From contig NC_092672.1 in NCBI RefSeq assembly GCF_964355755.1, positions 2,728,001 to 2,792,000 of the forward strand: a stretch of DNA of 64,000 nt, given 5' to 3'. Of this stretch, positions 11,234-25,300 are shown in pieces. The position numbers and the translations under genes are program-made. Within the stretch, counting starts at the first letter, position 1; each line of letters opens with the position of its first letter. Under the pieces are notes generated by a model. It did not search any database. It worked only from the letters and a program-made list of their open reading frames with translations, and was not told the DNA's origin. Source of the DNA: Antedon mediterranea (taxonomy: Eukaryota; Animalia; Echinodermata).

Positions 11234-12192
11234 AAGTCATTCCAAGTCAGCCTGAGGAGAGTATGCCCAGCCGGCGAACTACCACAGGAGTCATGCAGTT
11301 CAAACTCAGTGGCATGGTGAGTTAGCCTGCCTACATTGGTGTCAATCTAAGTACATAAAACCTTTATTGAATATGATATTTTATACTTATTTATTCATTT
11401 TACTTTAATTTACAATATCATTCTATTTTATAATATATTTTTTTTGGAAGAAGGAAGTCTGTTTTACTAACTTTATGGGAAATTCGGAGGTTGTTGTTGG
11501 TACATACTTAATCTGAAAAAGGATGCATTCTTTCAATGGCGCAGATCCGTTTTTAATACTTTTAGTCTACTTATGCTGGGAGGGCCAGGGGGCCGCCAAG
11601 GGCCCCTTGTTGGGGTACAGGGGGCGAATCCCCCTTGGAAGACTGGCTCTTTGTTTGAGTAATTTATAGGTTGTTTCAATCGATTTGTGAGAACATACAA
11701 ATTCCGCTCGGAAGAATACAATTATTTTTGCGGGTTACGCACTTTTTAGGCACTGGTCCCTTTAGGCAAAGTTGAGCTGCCGACCAAAGAATGTATTTAC
11801 CCAAAAATCCCTCTAGGCAATGGTGAATAAAGACAATGTTGAGTAAAGACAATGTTGAGTAAAACCTTTATACTCAATAATGATGGCGAGTACCTGGCCC
11901 GGTTTTCACGATGGGTCAACTTTGCGCCATAATATTTAGACTAGAATTTTTCTTTGGTTGAATCATGGATTAAGGAATCCCTTAATCCATGATTGAATAT
12001 GCCATTTTAATGTCACAATAGTTATTCACCAACAAAATTATTTACCTTACAAAATTGTAACATAGTCAAATTGTCGGTCAGAAAATGTTTTTTTTTTAAT
12101 TTAACCATTTATGGTTTTTTTTTTTTGAAATAATTATTTATTAAGATTTTATTAATCTTCATTTTTAAAGTTTTTGGGAGAAAACACATCTT

Positions 12193-15100
12193 TAAACTAA
12201 TTTCTTTATGATCATACAATCTTAAGTACAATCAAAATTTCAAAAATTTAGACGAACAAAACAGAGAAAAAAAAGAGTTCTACTGTAGCATGTAGCTTTT
12301 ATTAATCTGAACACTAGAGGGCACTATTACATTCAACAGATACTTCTTTCAGTTCTCTTAGTATATCATGTGACCTTAGTATATCATGTGACTAAAACAT
12401 GCTTTAAAATGTTTGTACAGAACATGATACTTTAAAAAGTAAATAATTAAACAAAAGTTCCATATAAGGTAATATGTCTTCCATATACCTGATTTGTTTA
12501 GTGGAATGATACTAATAATAGCTACACTACTTTTATATGACAAATTTAATACACGTATAAACATCCCTACATACAGAATCACTGTTGTTACCATCTACAC
12601 AAGCTAAACATTTGGTATTCAATATTCTTTGATAAATATTTTTTTAACAAAAAAGAAAGTGAACATAATTTTAACATTTTTTTCTTATTTAGCATTGTGA
12701 TTGATGCTACCATATCCATTCATCATCCTATGCCTACCATAAAAGGGAAGACTATAGGAATTATTTGTAGGCTAAATACAACAAAAATATTTATACAATA
12801 TTTTTAGTCACAATATATAGCGACGTCTAAAGACACTAAACAAATTTGGCAAGTAGTTTACAGTATAATAATAAATAATTGAGAAATTCTCATAAAACAC
12901 TATTAAAATAATATTTTTGTATTTAAATTACGTTTTTTTTTTTGCATTTTACATGATTGCTTTAGGTTGCTTAATTTGCATACCAATTATTCAGTTTTGT
13001 TGACGGATGAGAATTTATAGATTTGGTCACATTTCATTAAGTTTTATTACTGTTTTAGAAAAAAATGATCATGGAAAAATTGGTGTGCATTAAAACAAAA
13101 ATTAATTTCTTTAATTGTTATATTCTGTTGTGATTAGTAATCAATAATTTGTGATTATAAATAGTGGGTATAATAAAACAAAATGGTGGTTCATTTAACT
13201 TTAATTAAGAATTAAAACGATAAAACATGTTTATTACGATCAATATTATCACATGAAAAGCCTATGCAATAATGTGATAATGTACTAAACCCCAAAACAA
13301 ACATGAAATTGCATTCATAAGTGGCGCGGCATGTAACAACATAGCCTGGTGATACATTCAATGTATTATTCCTGTGTGACTGATATTCAACCATTCCTTG
13401 TTCCAATTATCCTATATCCTCAATAGATAATGTATCTCCCTGAAGATACAACTAATAATTAGCAAGTCTTTTTTTTTTACAAAATAAGTTAAAGAAAATT
13501 TAAATATATTGTTTGTATATTCAATTTCACACCATAGTACTTTATCATTTTAGTGTGAACATTATACTCTCATTACGAAAGGCTACAAATATCATAAATA
13601 ATATATTACAATCTATACATGGCGTTCCCATCCGCTTTATATATAATAACATAAGTGACTTATTAACTACATATACTAATTAGGTGGTGTATTAAACATA
13701 AAGCTACTGTACTTAATAAATAGTGAGTGAAAAAAAATAGACACATGCAATAACTTGGAACATCTGAAATTTATGGAGTGCCCCCTCTATTTGGATGACT
13801 CAGAAACAAATGTAGGCTTGGTAGTCCAGCTTGCATGGTAACAGAAGTAGGTCGGTTCCTTGTAATCAAGTTATAATGAGAACATGCGATTCCCAACACA
13901 CATTCTCCATGGGGGAAAATTCCATACGAAAAGAGTAAGAGTAAATCAGGTCGAGGCAAATGACAAAGATAGGCATTGGGAAGAAACCTCTGGGAACCGA
14001 TTAGGGACATCACCATTTGGGCATTTTTTTTTTAAAGCAATGCGACATGCATTTACATTAACACTACTTTGCTTCAAATTCTAATCCTGTTCAGTTAAGT
14101 TTACAAGTAACCAATATCAATGTCCCGTATCAATGCGCAAAACAGTATATGTACCATTAGCTCTGCCCAAAGCTTATTACCATTAACTAGGTCATTTACC
14201 ATCTACACCCAAATTTAAAAACCCCAAATATTTGTTAATAAATAGCAATAAACACATGGTATGAAAAATGAGTCTTAAAATAACCACAAAAAATGTATAA
14301 ATAAATTATAAAAAATATTACTAAATATACAAAATAGTTCTTTAAAATTATTTGCTTTCGCTAAGTTGGATATGATATATCTCTTTTACAGAAATCAATA
14401 TGTTAAATCTTGATTAAATTTCACGTAATTTTTCAGCACCATTATTTACTGCCTTGTCGGGCCTAACAACATGTTTAATAAATGTGACACACTTATCGAC
14501 AAGTCACTATACATTTGAAAACATGAAATGAAAAATGCAAAGTAATTAGGAGAAAGCATGGGTGAAAATGATCACGACACCTTTTTTACACTAAGGCAAA
14601 TTCGTTGTAGTCTTGTCAACACAAATAAATACCTTAATGTTTGATATCATGACAGTTTTATTCATGTTTAATAGATCAACAGGAAACAAGATAGTAATAA
14701 GTGTTTTAAAAAAATAAGTTTTAAAATTTCCCCAAAAAATACTGAATTATTTTATTGGGAGTAGTAGTAGATAATTTCTTTCAATAAACATTATTTATGT
14801 TCATATTAGGTTAAAAAAGGAAAAATTAACGAATAGGGCCTATTCGTTAATTTTTTAAGCCTACATTTATTTTGAACAAATAAATTAAAAATTAAAATTT
14901 CACCATTATTGTGAGTAATTAATAATAAAAATGTATATAAATATATATATATATACATTTTTTAATATGTTGGAATGTAAAAATAATTGTGTACATTTTA
15001 AATATTCATAATAAAAATCAGTTACATTATTTATTTAAACACTAATATTTAATTTAAATAAAACAATTGTATACTATAACATTAGGAATTAAATGGGCTG

Positions 15101-15408
15101 AGTTTATTAAAAGTAAAATTTTATATAAAAATGATTCTATTGTAATTTGAAACTCTGATGAATTGAATATTTCATTGGAAAGAATAAAAAAAAAAATTAC
15201 GATTCATTTTTTACAACAATCTTAACTTGTTATTTATTTCCTCAATCTAGAATTTGAGTAAATTATTTTGTTAAAATTTCGGCAACAAATTAGAAGTAAC
15301 AAATAGATACAGATAGATGGATATCACAATTTAATAGTGAAAATTGGTAGACGGGTAAAACAAACCAGATTTATACTTAAGTTGCACCAAAAGCTATTGA
15401 ATGTATTC
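12193..15408 (+). repeat. Segmental duplication, near-identical to 60843-64000
   Basis: The two stretches match line by line with only scattered SNPs and short indels. Confidence 0.95.
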
Positions 15409-17509
15409 ATGGCTATGTATAACTTTCAAACACTAATTTAGTCACGAATGTCTCAAAATACCCAACGTAATGAAATCCACGAATTGAGATTTGGGATATT
15501 TCATTCAGTTAACTGGCTTTAACTGACCCCATTCTAATAAATCCAAAGTATTTTTTTACAGTTTGAAAAATGCAAAGTTTTAGAATTCTAAAATAGAATA
15601 AATAACTGTTAAAGTGTTATAATATTTTAAATAACTTGAGCACCTTTCAAAAAAAAGTTAATAAAAAATGCCATAAAACATTTTTTTTAAATAACACTTG
15701 TTTCGACACAATTTGCAAATGTTTTATTTGAGATAGAGTTGTAAATTTAATATGTTACTAGATAGAAAACCAAAAGTATTTATTATGAGTCCATCATGTA
15801 TATCATGTGTGCAGGGCACAGGCATTCATGACACTAATAATAATGTGAGAAAATGTATAAAGTATATTTTATTGGGCAAGAGAAGGCTAAGTTATACACT
15901 GTTAAGAAGTCAATACTTTAGCTGTTCTATTGTCAAAAATGTTGGCGTGTTTTTAATACAACCTGAATAAAAAATAGCGTACGATTATTATACTTAAAGA
16001 ATGGAGAAATAAGTTACAAGTACATAACTGCAAGGAAACAAATGGTTGTTTTTATCTATTTTGAGATGTTTCTTTGTAAGGTTGCTTTCTCCATCCTTAT
16101 GGTACTGTACCTTTCCTCAGTGTTGTCGAGGAAATGCTTCCCTAAATCGGGGTGGCAAACCTTGCAATTACACTGGATTACCTATGCAAAAACTTACGTC
16201 ACTTATAAGGGCAATACTGATCACTGCAATTTAAAAAGGGCAGACATTTTTATTCTTTGAGTTTATGATTGTTAGTTCGGAGCTTTATGTGGGAAAGTAA
16301 ATATATATAGTTGTAGAATCGGTGACCTTTAGAGATTTTACTGTAAATACTTAAATAGAAGTGCCTGGTTTGAAAGATGCAATGTGAATGGGAACTTAAC
16401 AATGATATTAACATGTTTATTTTAAGATGTATGCTAACAATTGTATATTTCTATTGACTGCTCTACTATAATATATTCTGTGTAATCAAAATATGTATTT
16501 TATATTTTAATATGAGTTGATGTGTGCAATAATGCATTAATAAAAATGAAGAAGCTGGATTCGTCAAACCAACTTGTGTCACTTAACCATTTTAAATGTT
16601 AAATGTAAAGACAGAATTTGTACATGATTACATGTACTTTATTTGTCTATTTGGTTTTTAAGTAAATTGAAGAGTACGAAATATTATTGTACGATTTTGT
16701 TATAGGCGGACCCAGGATGGAGGGGGGGGGGGGGAGGGGGTTTGGAGTTTCCAGATCTCCTCCATGTGCAGAGGTAATCAAATCTACTGATTGTTATTGC
16801 ATATGTCAATTGAAGTATTGCCGACCTCTGACATATCTGTAGACTGTCACAAGTCTTATACTATGTTAGGCCACCCCTCAGGACGTGTTTTGATTTTGTC
16901 TAAAGTATTATACGTATGAAACGCCATTTTTGCCAAAATATTTATAACCTAGACTAGCTTATAAACCAAAGTTTGCTTGCTTGTAGCTGTGTTCATTAAT
17001 TATAAAAAGAAATAAGTATGTTTCTATACATACCGACCCACAACCCCTCCTCTGACAAAACTCTGTTACCTGGGGAAAGTTTTCAGAATACATTAAACAA
17101 TTTGATTTTGGCCTTAAGTATTAAGCGGACTTGGCTTGCCATACTCAGGTATCCAGTTTACTAGGTGTTTCTTTTATGATATTGTAGTAGGATAACACAC
17201 ACAAAACAAAAGGGGACAAATTAATAGTTTATGTCATTTATTCCACTAATATAAATATAAAATTATGTTTAAAATTGATTTAATATAATATTGCATATTA
17301 TCAATTTAAGTTTTAAGACATTTGCTGCAGCACGCCTACCTGTCCAATATGGTTATGCTGTTACAGAATTTTTGGTAAAACCGATACTCAACATTTTATA
17401 ATTAAGCACCCGTATTATTGATTTTTATTTATCTTTTTTTTATCTCCTGCGTGTCTACCATATACTTTATATTTTATTGGTAATTGAATAATTAAATTAA
17501 AGGCCAACA

Positions 17510-19670
17510 TCAACTTCTTGAGACAGGCTGCTTTGTTGAATTGCCAGAACTCGCTTTGATATCCAACACCTGTTTAACAGTTGGAGTGTACATTTCCCGT
17601 AAAACCACTTTCAAGCATTCGTCCGTCGCTATTGCTGACAAACCCCAAACTTTGTGCGCACCTCCTAGAAATACCGGCATAGTGTATGTGAAGCTTGATT
17701 GTGTGGGCGTTGCAGGTTCTCGAAAACGGGTATAACGGGTGAACAGTGGGTCTGAAAGGACAGCGATGGGGATGCTGAATATACTTGTAACCTGTATATA
17801 CAAAAAAAAGTACAAAGAATTTGATTGGTGAAAAGTTCTATAGCAGAAAACACTGCTTTTGATTGGTGGGATGTTTTATAACAAAAGATTCTGTTTTTTG
17901 ATTGGTGGGATTGTTTCAAAACAGAACATTATTATTATTTGTCTGTTAATTAGGATATTTCATAACAGCAAATACTGCGGAAGGTTCTATATAGAAAACA
18001 CTGATTTGATTGGTGGAATGTATTGTTTTTTAAAAAATGCTGTTATTTGATGGAATGTTGTGGAATGTTTCATAACCGAAAACACTGTTATTTGATTGGT
18101 AGAATTTTTCATAAAAGAAAATACTGTTATTTGATTGGAGGAATGTTTCATAATTAGCAAATGCTGTTATTTGATTGGTGGAATGTTTCATAACAGAAAA
18201 CCGTGTTATTTGATTGGTGGAATGTTTCATAACAGAAAACCCTGTTATTTGATTGGTGAAATGTTTCATAACAGAAAACCCTGTTATTTGATTGGTGAAA
18301 TGTTTCATTAGCAAATGCTGTTGTCTGATTTGTTTTTAACCTCACTCACCTCTGATTGATTAAATTTTACTTGATCCAATTCAATTTTTCCTATGTTACA
18401 TAAAACTGGAGTTACTGCAATTGTCTTGGTCTGTTGAAATAATAAAAATAAAAAAAAACAGAGGGTGAAAAGTTAGCCATTGTTTTTTTTAGACCATTGT
18501 TACAGGGCCTTTAGGATGGTGCTATTTATTATACCATCCCGGTATTGTGTGGTAGTATTACATCAAAAGTACATACATAGTCTGGAATAGGGTTTAGCTT
18601 TCCCCAGACTTCCACAGAGCTTGGCAGGATATCTATCTCCTCATGCATTTCTCTCAGACCAGTTGAAATGATGTCAGCATCACCTTCCTGCCATTTACCT
18701 CCTGGAAAACTGAAAAACAAAGAGAGAATGGAAAATAATTACTCGCTTACCAATTCCAAAGTATTGGGTTCAAATCCTGTCCAATGGCAATTGTTGTTCT
18801 GAGAGACATCATGTATGCTACAGAGAATCCTAACTGTATGACTGCATCAGGATTATGACATTTTAATTAGATATAATGGTCAAGTTCAGGTTTACTTGCG
18901 CTAATGCACAGCTAGAGGCAAGACTATCTTTAGGGCTAGATTCAACCATGGACCTATAAATTAGAAGTCCATGGTTCAACTAATGATAATGCACTTGTCA
19001 ATTGTATTGCCCACTTTGTGACCCCTTTCATTTGTACAATGTGCATCATACCTTATGAATACCATGATGCATGCACCCCTGTTTAAAAAATGTGACTTAC
19101 CTTTAGGCGACCATGACGCATCCATTTTGATGCACTGTTACCATGTTGTTTATGATATGATGGGTGGGTGGTAAAGTGACGGACATTGACACACCATTGT
19201 TCATTGATGTGACGTACCATCTACTGTAGGTTTTTTGATGCACCCCAGTGTCAATAATTATTTGTAATGATGCATCCATGACGCGGGTCGTGTGGGTCAC
19301 AATTGACAAGTGCATATAAGCGTTGCCGTGTCCTGGACTAACCCTAAAGACAATCTCGGTGTGATAAAGTGCAGTAGCGTCGATTGACCTACCTAACTTG
19401 ACCTCTATGAGATTTAAGCTCTGTTGACCTTAGAGTGAATAAGATGGATGGTTGATTGTTCACTGTACACATTGGGATACAAACGGCTGCATTTAATTTC
19501 AACCCTTTCAACATTCTTCTTAGAGGATGTACTTGGTCCATTATCTTTATTGCTCTTTCTTTGTTGTTTGACGAGAAAACATTTTCTGTTATCCAAGAAG
19601 AGGATGTTCTGTTGCAATAGTGACAACTACGCAGGGAAAAGACAACTTGATACCGAAGTGACCGGTACAT
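17510..19670 (-). CDS. NUDT8: NUDT8-like mitochondrial CoA diphosphatase, copy A, 257 aa. Exons 19393-19670, 18577-18709, 18350-18430, 17510-17791
   Basis: CoA motif LFTLRSTELKSHRGQVSFPGG, Nudix box GGKWQEGDADIISTGLREMHEEIDI, C-terminal KVWGLSA and an Arg/Ser-rich N-terminal presequence. GT-AG introns keep the frame. Confidence 0.92.
18040..18330. repeat. ~33-bp intronic tandem repeat (ctgttatttgattggtggaatgtttcataacagaaaa), shorter in copy B at ~47700-47870
   Basis: Directly visible tandem units, which also explain the repetitive spurious ORFs here. Confidence 0.85.
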
Positions 19671-20061
19671 GCTTGCAAACGTTAAATTTTATTGTAAATA
19701 AATCCTAAGATGCATGGTTGAACCTGATAAATAAAATAAAAATAATCATATTATTATAGTAAATTAGTTGAAAACAGCATATTAATTAAACGTTTGAAGA
19801 CGGTGTTCTTTCTGAGTGCTATTAAGATGTCAACGACTAGGCCACTTCTACTCTACTAATAAAATTATATTAGTTAGTAATTACTAATAATAATTATAAC
19901 ATTAATACTGTAATACTGAAATTGCACAGCTGGTTTACCACACTGGCACCGTACTTGCCACACCCCTGCCAACAGTCACAAGCTATATGCAAAAAAGTGC
20001 AGGTACTCTTTATCAGGATATCCTAGGTAGGCCTACTACTAGCCTACTAAAGCTACTACTG

Positions 20062-21085
20062 TTCTTGATAACAGACAACAAAGAGTCAAAGTGCGTCATG
20101 CTTCGTCCAGTTGGGCTGATGTAATTAGTGGAGTTCCACAAGGCTCGGTGTTGGGCCCTACATTGTTTGCATTATATATAAATGACCTACCAAAGTATGT
20201 GTCTAGTCATATAAAGCTATTTGCTGATGATACAAAGATCTACTCAGTAGTTAACAACAGAAATGATGGGCAATTATTACAAGAATCTTTAAACAATGCA
20301 CTGCAGTGGAGTAAAGAATGGATGTTGGCTTTTAATAAAAGCAAATGCATGGTGATGCACTTCGGGCATTCAAATGTTCATTTTAAATACCAAATAGATG
20401 AAGTTGAACTGGAAACAGTTGAGAAAATAAAGGACCTAGGAGTACTAATTACTAATGACTGTAAACCAAGCCAACACTGCGCCAAAGTATCTCAGCGGGC
20501 CATGAACTGTTTAAGAAGCATCAGAAGGACTTTCGTATATATGGATAAGGATTGTTTTAACGTCATCTACAAGCATTATGTACGCCCACATCTCGAATTT
20601 TGTGTTCAAGTATGGAATCCGTATCTTCAAAAGGACATAAATGTAATTGAAAGAGTACAACGTCGTGCGACTAAATTAGTTCCATGTATCCGTTCATATT
20701 CATATGAAGATCGTTTAAAGTTTCTTGGCCTAACAACCTTGTATGACAGAAGAATTCGAGGTGACCTGATTGAAGCATATAAAATTGTTAAAGGTTTCGA
20801 GGGTGTAGCCAAGGATGACTTTTTCCAAATGAGAAGTAACATTAGCAGAATTACTCGAGGGCATCACCTGAGATTTTTCAAGCCTACTTTCCATAAAGGA
20901 TTGAACTGTAGAAGACATACCTTCTCGCAACGAGTAATTAACCATTGGAACAGTTTACCAGCCGACGTTGTCAATTCTGAGACCGCTAATACCTTCAAGA
21001 ATCGCATCGACACAATGTAGTTGATATGGGGTTTAAAAAGGCACATCGCCTAAACTTTCCCATTATAACTAAACTAAACTAAACT
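20062..21085 (+). mobile_element. 5'-truncated CR1-type LINE (C-terminal RT part of ORF2, stop at 21020)
   Basis: GVPQGSVLGPTLF, FADD, IERVQRRATKLV, RRIRGDLIEAYKI and TRGH motifs, short 3' UTR and (aaact)n tail. Absent from the paralogous region at ~57140-57190. Confidence 0.93.
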
Positions 21086-21110
21086 GTACTACTGCCTACT
21101 GTACTGAAGG

Positions 21111-21781
21111 GGATCCAGTCAAGTCGCCCCATCGCAAAGTCGCCCCATACAAAGTCGCCCAATACAAAGTCGCCCCATCGCAAAGTCGCCCCAAAACAAA
21201 GTCGCCCCGGCACAGTCGCCCCATCGCAAAGTCGCCCCATTACAAAGTCGCCCCAACGCAAAGTCGCCCCAACGCAAAGTCGCCCCATCGCAAAGTCGCC
21301 CCATCGCAAAGTCGCCCACGCAATTCGGTATGATTATGAAGCGCCGCCGCTAGTAGTACGCTATTTTCCCTCTGGTAAGCGCACGTTAGTGCGACCGCGG
21401 AGTGATTGTCGGGGTTTCCTCTCTGATGATGGGGGAGGGGGGGGGGGAAGTGCGTGCCGATCGTGTGACCTGAGACTACATAGCGGGGCTTCCCCTTTTA
21501 TGCCTACACGTTCCGTGTTTTGTGTATCATTGTGACATTTTACGCACTTGTAAACTATTTTTTTAACGTTTTGGGGCGACTTTGCGATAGGGCAACTTTG
21601 TGATGGGGCGACTTTGCGATGGGGCGACTTTGCGTTGGGGCGACTTTGCGATGGGGCGACTTTGCGATGGGGCGACTGTGTCGGGGCGACTTTGTTTTGG
21701 GGCGACTTTGCGATGGGGCGACTGTGTAAGGGGCGACTTTGTATGGGGCGACTTTGCGATGGGGCGACTTGACTAGCATCC
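21111..21781. mobile_element. Foldback MULE-like MITE with inverted arrays of a 15-16 bp unit (caaagtcgccccatcg)
   Basis: TIR ggat.c.agtcaagtcgcccc at both ends and 9-bp TSD tactgaagg / tactgaagt. Confidence 0.85.
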
Positions 21782-22119
21782 TACTGAAGTACCAGGGATG
21801 TAGGTCCCTCCCTGGTACTATCTGGTAGTAGGCCTAGGTAGCTAGAGTAGTAGTACATACAAGTACCCCCTCCCATGGAGTATGCTCCTCCACCACCACC
21901 ACTACTAATAATAATACCTGCGCTGCGCTGTCATTCATTTCAAATCAATCATTTTGTCAAATGATTGTTCAAAAAACACAACTCGTTAAATAACGGGATC
22001 TTGTTTTGTACTTCTTCAATGTGTTAATTTACTATAAATGAAACAACAACAGTGTTTTTTGTTTGTTTTTATACTATAAATACCTAGGCCCTAGGCCTGC
22101 ATACCTACGGTATCCTACT

Positions 22120-22360
22120 GCAATACTGCATTCCTCCTCTCTAAACGACTTTTTTGATCTGTGATCTGTTGTTGTTTATTGTTTATCAATATTGCGCCCT
22201 CACCGCCGACGGAGAGAAGTTCGCGAGAGTGTAGGCCTCGCCTCCTCCGATCCTAGTATAGAGCCACTCTCCTAGGTGGGAAGTATGGACTTTCTGCGCA
22301 ACAAAACTCAACTGGCTGGCAGCAGAGAGGACTAGGCCAGGGCCTAACTAAATAAAGAAA
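22120..22360. promoter_or_regulatory. Putative bidirectional promoter for NUDT8-A (minus) and GSTK1 (plus)
   Basis: GC/CpG-enriched patch directly upstream of the GSTK1 ATG. NUDT8-A has a splice acceptor at ~19724 upstream of its ATG, implying a more distant 5' UTR exon whose position is inferred. Confidence 0.45.
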
Positions 22361-25300
22361 ATGGCTGCGCCTATAAAAAAAACGATAGAGTTGTTTTACG
22401 ACGTTATATCACCATATTCTTGGCTTGCATTTGAAGTAATTATTAATAATAATACACTTCAAAATCTTAGTCTTGACTCTTATTACTTAGTCTTAGCTAC
22501 TCTAGCTACAAACTAAAACTAAAACTTAAAAGGCAAGCTAAGTCTAGCCTAGCTAGGCTTAGTCCTCCCATGCATGGAGAGTAAAGGTCCTGCTCCTGGA
22601 GGCCTAGCTAGGCCCTAGTAGTATAGATTTTAGGCCAGACAAGAGGCCAGGCTAAAATAAAAGGCTGTGCTGTATGCTCTTCTGTCTGCGTAGGAGCTAG
22701 GCTTACTGGCTACTAGCTAGGCGGGCCAACAAACAGTGTTACAACACGGGTGTCACGAAAGCTCAGACCACGAAAGCTCAGACCCCCTAAGACCTAAGAT
22801 CACGAAAGCTAAGACCCAACACCTAAGATTACAAATAATAAGATATACTACAGCTTAAAAACAATACTTGTTTATCCATACATAATTTTAAACACAGTAG
22901 GTTTCATTTATTACCATAAATATAATTTAATACTACCGCAAAACATAGATAAACTCACATTATTTTCGCCCGTTGAGTAAATGTATATTTTTTCTTTACA
23001 ACAAACAAACTTGACGGGTTGTTTGTTGGTATATATTTACTCCATTGTGTTGGTTCAGAGGATGTTTTTCTTACGCACCTGCCTTTCTTGTACAGTATTT
23101 TGACTCCAAATTTGTTGACTAACTTTATCCTGAACACCACACTTTAAAATTAGGACTTATAAGTACTTTCAGAAGGAGAAACACATAATAACAAATAAAT
23201 AAATCCTTTAAATTGATGATTTTACAGATGTGTTTCTTTGTACTGTATACTGTAATGACAATGTAACTCCTCGAGCTCCCATGCTCAATGTTTTTGTTTC
23301 TATGGAGCGCCAAAAGAGCAACAATAATAGTACAAGTATAAAAACAGAAAGAAAACGAAACAAAAAAACTTATCATGATTTTTAAATTAAAATTTATTTG
23401 CCAGTATTTATTTCTTCGTACTTGCATGATTATACTATTATCATTACAATTTTGATTTTACATTGTTCCATCCACACTGTAGATGGACTCCACAGAGTTT
23501 TCAGCCCTCTATATAATTTTTGCTCTTTTGACGTTCCATAGAAACAAAAACATTGAACATGGCCCATGGGGTAGGCCTACTGTACTGTAGGCTAGTCATT
23601 TTGTGTGCGAGAAAAACGTCTGTAAAATCATCAATTTAAAAATGTATTTGTTACTTTTTATGTGATTCTTTTTCATGAAAGTGCCAATTCTAAGGTGTGG
23701 TATTCAGAATAAATGTTGGGAGTTAAAATACAAGGCAGGTGCGAAAGATAAATATTTGTAATCTTAGGTGTTGGGTCTTAGCTTTCGTGATCTTAGGTCT
23801 TAGGGGGTCTGAGCTTTCGTGGTCTGAGCTTTCGTGACACCCGTTACAACACGTCTTTTTTTAGATATGGTCTTCCCAGCATTGAACATTGTTTGACAAT
23901 TGTCTAGTAGCATGATCATTTATTCATTGCATTGTTTTGTTTGTTTTTTTTTGCATTGAAAGTTTTCTATTTTGGGACGGCCAACAATCAATCATTGACA
24001 TTTACATTGAATAATTATTATTTATTGTTTTAGATATTAGGAAGGTACAGGCAAAGATGGAATATAGACTTGCAATACAAGCCGTTTTTTCTAGGAGGTA
24101 TAATGCAGGGAGCAGGTGATATAACATTTGTTATTTCTATACTGTATCAAGGTCTGAAGCATACATGCCAACACTTCCATTTTTGGCTCATATCTCGGCC
24201 AAATATTGTGCTCAATAGCTGTGCTGTAAAAAAATGTCGTTTATCGTTCATTGACCTTCACACCAAGTGTACCTAAACTAGCACCTGATTAATAATAGAG
24301 TTTACGATTTTTTATTTATTTTTTTTTCTGTTTATACGTTTATTAATATGGATGATATATCCGAAATAAAAAGAAATTGAAATTGAATAATAAGTATAAA
24401 CTAAGATAGTTTGAGTAGCATTCTATAGGATTTTACTTGTAATATTTAGATGTGGTGAAACTTAAAGACCCCTTCCCTGCAATTTTGGACGTTTTTTGGA
24501 AAATGATACATATATATCACTTTAAAAACATTAAACCATGTCATTCCTTGTCTTAAATGTACTTTTTATGGTAAATTATGATAAAAAGTGAGAAACAATG
24601 CACTACCTAAGTAGCTCGCGGCGATCGACCTCTCGTGGACGGTCTTAGGCCTAGCCTAGCTAGGCTTAGTTTTGTAGGCCTAGCTGGTAAACATCGGTAA
24701 CGTACGAACATCGTACGCGAGCTATATACCTAGCCTGACGTTGTATAGTTGCTGCATTAATTGTCTTTCTATTTTTGCCAGACTCCGTTGATACAAATTG
24801 GGGAAAACCCGGTATTTTCGCTGAAAAGTTAGGAGTCTTCCATTTGTTTTGGCCTCACGATCGATCGAAAAGTGGGCGAATTACAGGTGAAAAACAAAAA
24901 TATCAATCCGCGCGCAATGCATTTTGGGATTTATAGCGGGCCGCTATAATTATTAGAATCGACTTATTTTTCACATTTTTAACCGTTTAAAGACGAAAAA
25001 AGTTATCGCAATAGGACCATATAGTATTATTTTTACATTAAATATAGTTTGTGATCTTAAATTAGATCTAAAAAACGTAGGGAATGGGGCTTTAACTTAT
25101 TTTTACATTTTTCAGATAATAAGCCGCCAGGGTTGAATCCAATGAAAGCAGTGTACATGTTTGATGACTTAGCAATGCAACGTGATTACACCGGTGTTCT
25201 GTTTTCAAAATCCGTCCCAACGTCATTCTTTGAACAAAGTAAGTTTGAAGGTTTGCATGGCGAAGACAAACAAAGGTTCAGGGATATCATGTTACCGTAC

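Noticed and set aside
10416-11325. LRK/AQF-rich ORFs
   Set aside because: They arise from the TTGCGCAA palindromic repeats of a transposon.
13771-14016. ORF conserved at 62406-62711
   Set aside because: The conservation is explained by the near-identical segmental duplication, with no recognisable domain or splice structure.
21079-21779. Repetitive ORFs (WGDFAMGRLC...)
   Set aside because: These are translations of MITE subterminal repeats.
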